The notes under the pieces are model-generated. The model did no database searches, had not been told where the DNA came from, and saw only the letters and a program-made list of their open reading frames with translations. From Candidatus Bathyarchaeota archaeon (lineage in GTDB: Archaea; Thermoproteota; Bathyarchaeia; Bathyarchaeales; Bathycorpusculaceae), in assembly GCA_963782525.1 (NCBI GenBank), contig CAWAKC010000003.1, positions 160,001 to 224,000 on the forward strand: a stretch of 64,000 bases of DNA, in the 5' to 3' direction. Within the stretch, counting starts at the first letter, position 1. Each line of letters opens with the position of its first letter. The translations under genes and the position numbers were made by a program. Of the stretch, positions 62,800 through 64,000 are shown in pieces.

Positions 62800-63732
62800 A
62801 TGAGAATAGGTTATCCTTGTATCAATAGAACTATTGACTGCACCGCAAACAGCACTTTTCGGCTAAAATCTTACTCTGAAACCCGACTTAAGGAGACAGT
62901 GAAAAATAACTTAGACTGCTTGATAAGAATCTTGCATTTCAATCTTGAGCATGGTTTATTCTTTTTTAGAATTTCCTCAGACTTGGTCCCTTTTGCATCT
63001 CATCCGATAAATAAGTTCGACTGGCAAGGGCATTTCCAAGAAGATTTTGAAGAAATTGGCGAGTTCATTACCAAAAATAGAATGCGAATCTCAATGCATC
63101 CAGACCAGTTTACCCTAATTAACTCAATTAAAGAGGATATTTTCGAAAGAAGCAAAAATGAACTCAAATATCACGCCCAAATACTTGACTTATTGAAACT
63201 TGACACTTCGGCAAAAATTCAAATACATGTTGGCGGAGCTTACGGAGACAAAAAGAAGAGCATGGAGAGATTTGTAACAAGATTCAATGAGCTTGATGGT
63301 TCAATAATTCGGCGCTTGGTAATTGAGAATGATGATAAATTGTTTGATTTGAAGAACTGCCTTGAGATAAATGCACAAATCCAAATTCCAATTCTATTTG
63401 ATGTCTTTCATCATAAACTCAACAATTCCGTAAACCAGACGATAGAAGAATCTTTCAAACTTACTACAAAGACATGGACTGAAAAAAGCGATGGAATCCC
63501 AATGGTCGACTACAGCTCTCAAGAACCTAATGGATTGCCAAGGCAACATTCCGAGGCAATTAAACTAGAGGATTTTGAACTGTTATTGAAACAAACTGAA
63601 ACCTTCGATTTCGATATAATGCTGGAGATCAAAGATAAAGAAAAAAGTGCAACCAAAGCAATTGAATTGGCAATCACAGATTGGCGAGTTCAGAATTTTT
63701 TGAATAATAACTCTGACCCTTTAGTCGCCTAA
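62800..63732 (+). CDS. uvsE: UV DNA damage endonuclease
   Basis: RIGYPC, FRISSDLVP, MHPDQF, IHVGG, IENDD, DVFHH, MLEIKDKE. Confidence 0.96.
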   Translation: MRIGYPCINRTIDCTANSTFRLKSYSETRLKETVKNNLDCLIRILHFNLEHGLFFFRISSDLVPFASHPINKFDWQGHFQEDFEEIGEFITKNRMRISMHPDQFTLINSIKEDIFERSKNELKYHAQILDLLKLDTSAKIQIHVGGAYGDKKKSMERFVTRFNELDGSIIRRLVIENDDKLFDLKNCLEINAQIQIPILFDVFHHKLNNSVNQTIEESFKLTTKTWTEKSDGIPMVDYSSQEPNGLPRQHSEAIKLEDFELLLKQTETFDFDIMLEIKDKEKSATKAIELAITDWRVQNFLNNNSDPLVA

Positions 63733-63767
63733 GTTTTTTTCTCTATCATGAGGCATATTTACGTTTC

Positions 63768-64000
63768 TTATTTCCAGTAGTTTTTTCCATCAACCTCTGA
63801 AAAGACAGTTTCAAGTTCTGCAAGCTGTTCTGGGTAAGGTTCTAGCAAAGTCTGGCTCGATAAATATTCTTGATTGAACCTAACAATCCAAGCCTTCAAA
63901 ACACTCATGCATGCACTCAGAGGCAATCTTCCTGCCCTGTACTTGTCAACTGAAGACAGGAAGAAGAGCTTTTCATCCTTAGAAAGTTGATGAGAGAAAT
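63768..64000 (-). CDS. C-terminus of YbgA/DUF1722 protein (partial)
   Basis: FSHQLSKDEKLFFLSSVDKYRAGRLPLS...EYLSSQTLLEPYPEQL. Confidence 0.8.
   Translation of the reverse strand, partial: FSHQLSKDEKLFFLSSVDKYRAGRLPLSACMSVLKAWIVRFNQEYLSSQTLLEPYPEQLAELETVFSEVDGKNYWK

Noticed and set aside
1-64000. CRISPR array or cas genes
   Set aside because: No regularly spaced short repeats and no cas-like ORF; the 43-bp repeat has only two copies 11 kb apart

Overview
Archaeal chromosomal window, most likely Bathyarchaeia (TACK). This is inferred from the PQQ-like beta-propeller surface proteins, tandem Lrp regulators, Cren7-like protein, CdvC, methanofuran genes and frequent TTG starts. Layout: (1) 0-8 kb is an accessory patch with an IS, small Zn-finger ORFs, pseudogenes and a solitary cbiM/nikM with a NikR-like box. 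(2) 8-30 kb is mostly core or lineage genes, including TFS and a methanofuran operon mfnB-A-D-F-E. It also holds three unannotated RNA candidates: a ~230-nt RNA made of two homologous structured domains, a ~65-nt hairpin RNA, and a C/D-box sRNA. (3) 30.2-52.4 kb is two tandem, integrase-less islands at the tRNA-Phe 3' end, each closed by the same 43-bp repeat. They carry probable extra copies of core machinery (DNA ligase, CBS-HPF hibernation factor, Rpo12, Cdc48, TBP, CdvC) plus an IS1182 and other tRNA-end remnants. (4) Beyond tRNA-Val is a light/UV-themed cluster: heliorhodopsin, SOUL, fasciclin, flavin-binding protein, UvsE and YbgA. Four genes appear to start at AUA. Several single-base frameshifts may be assembly errors. 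All assignments come from reading motifs by eye; no searches were run.
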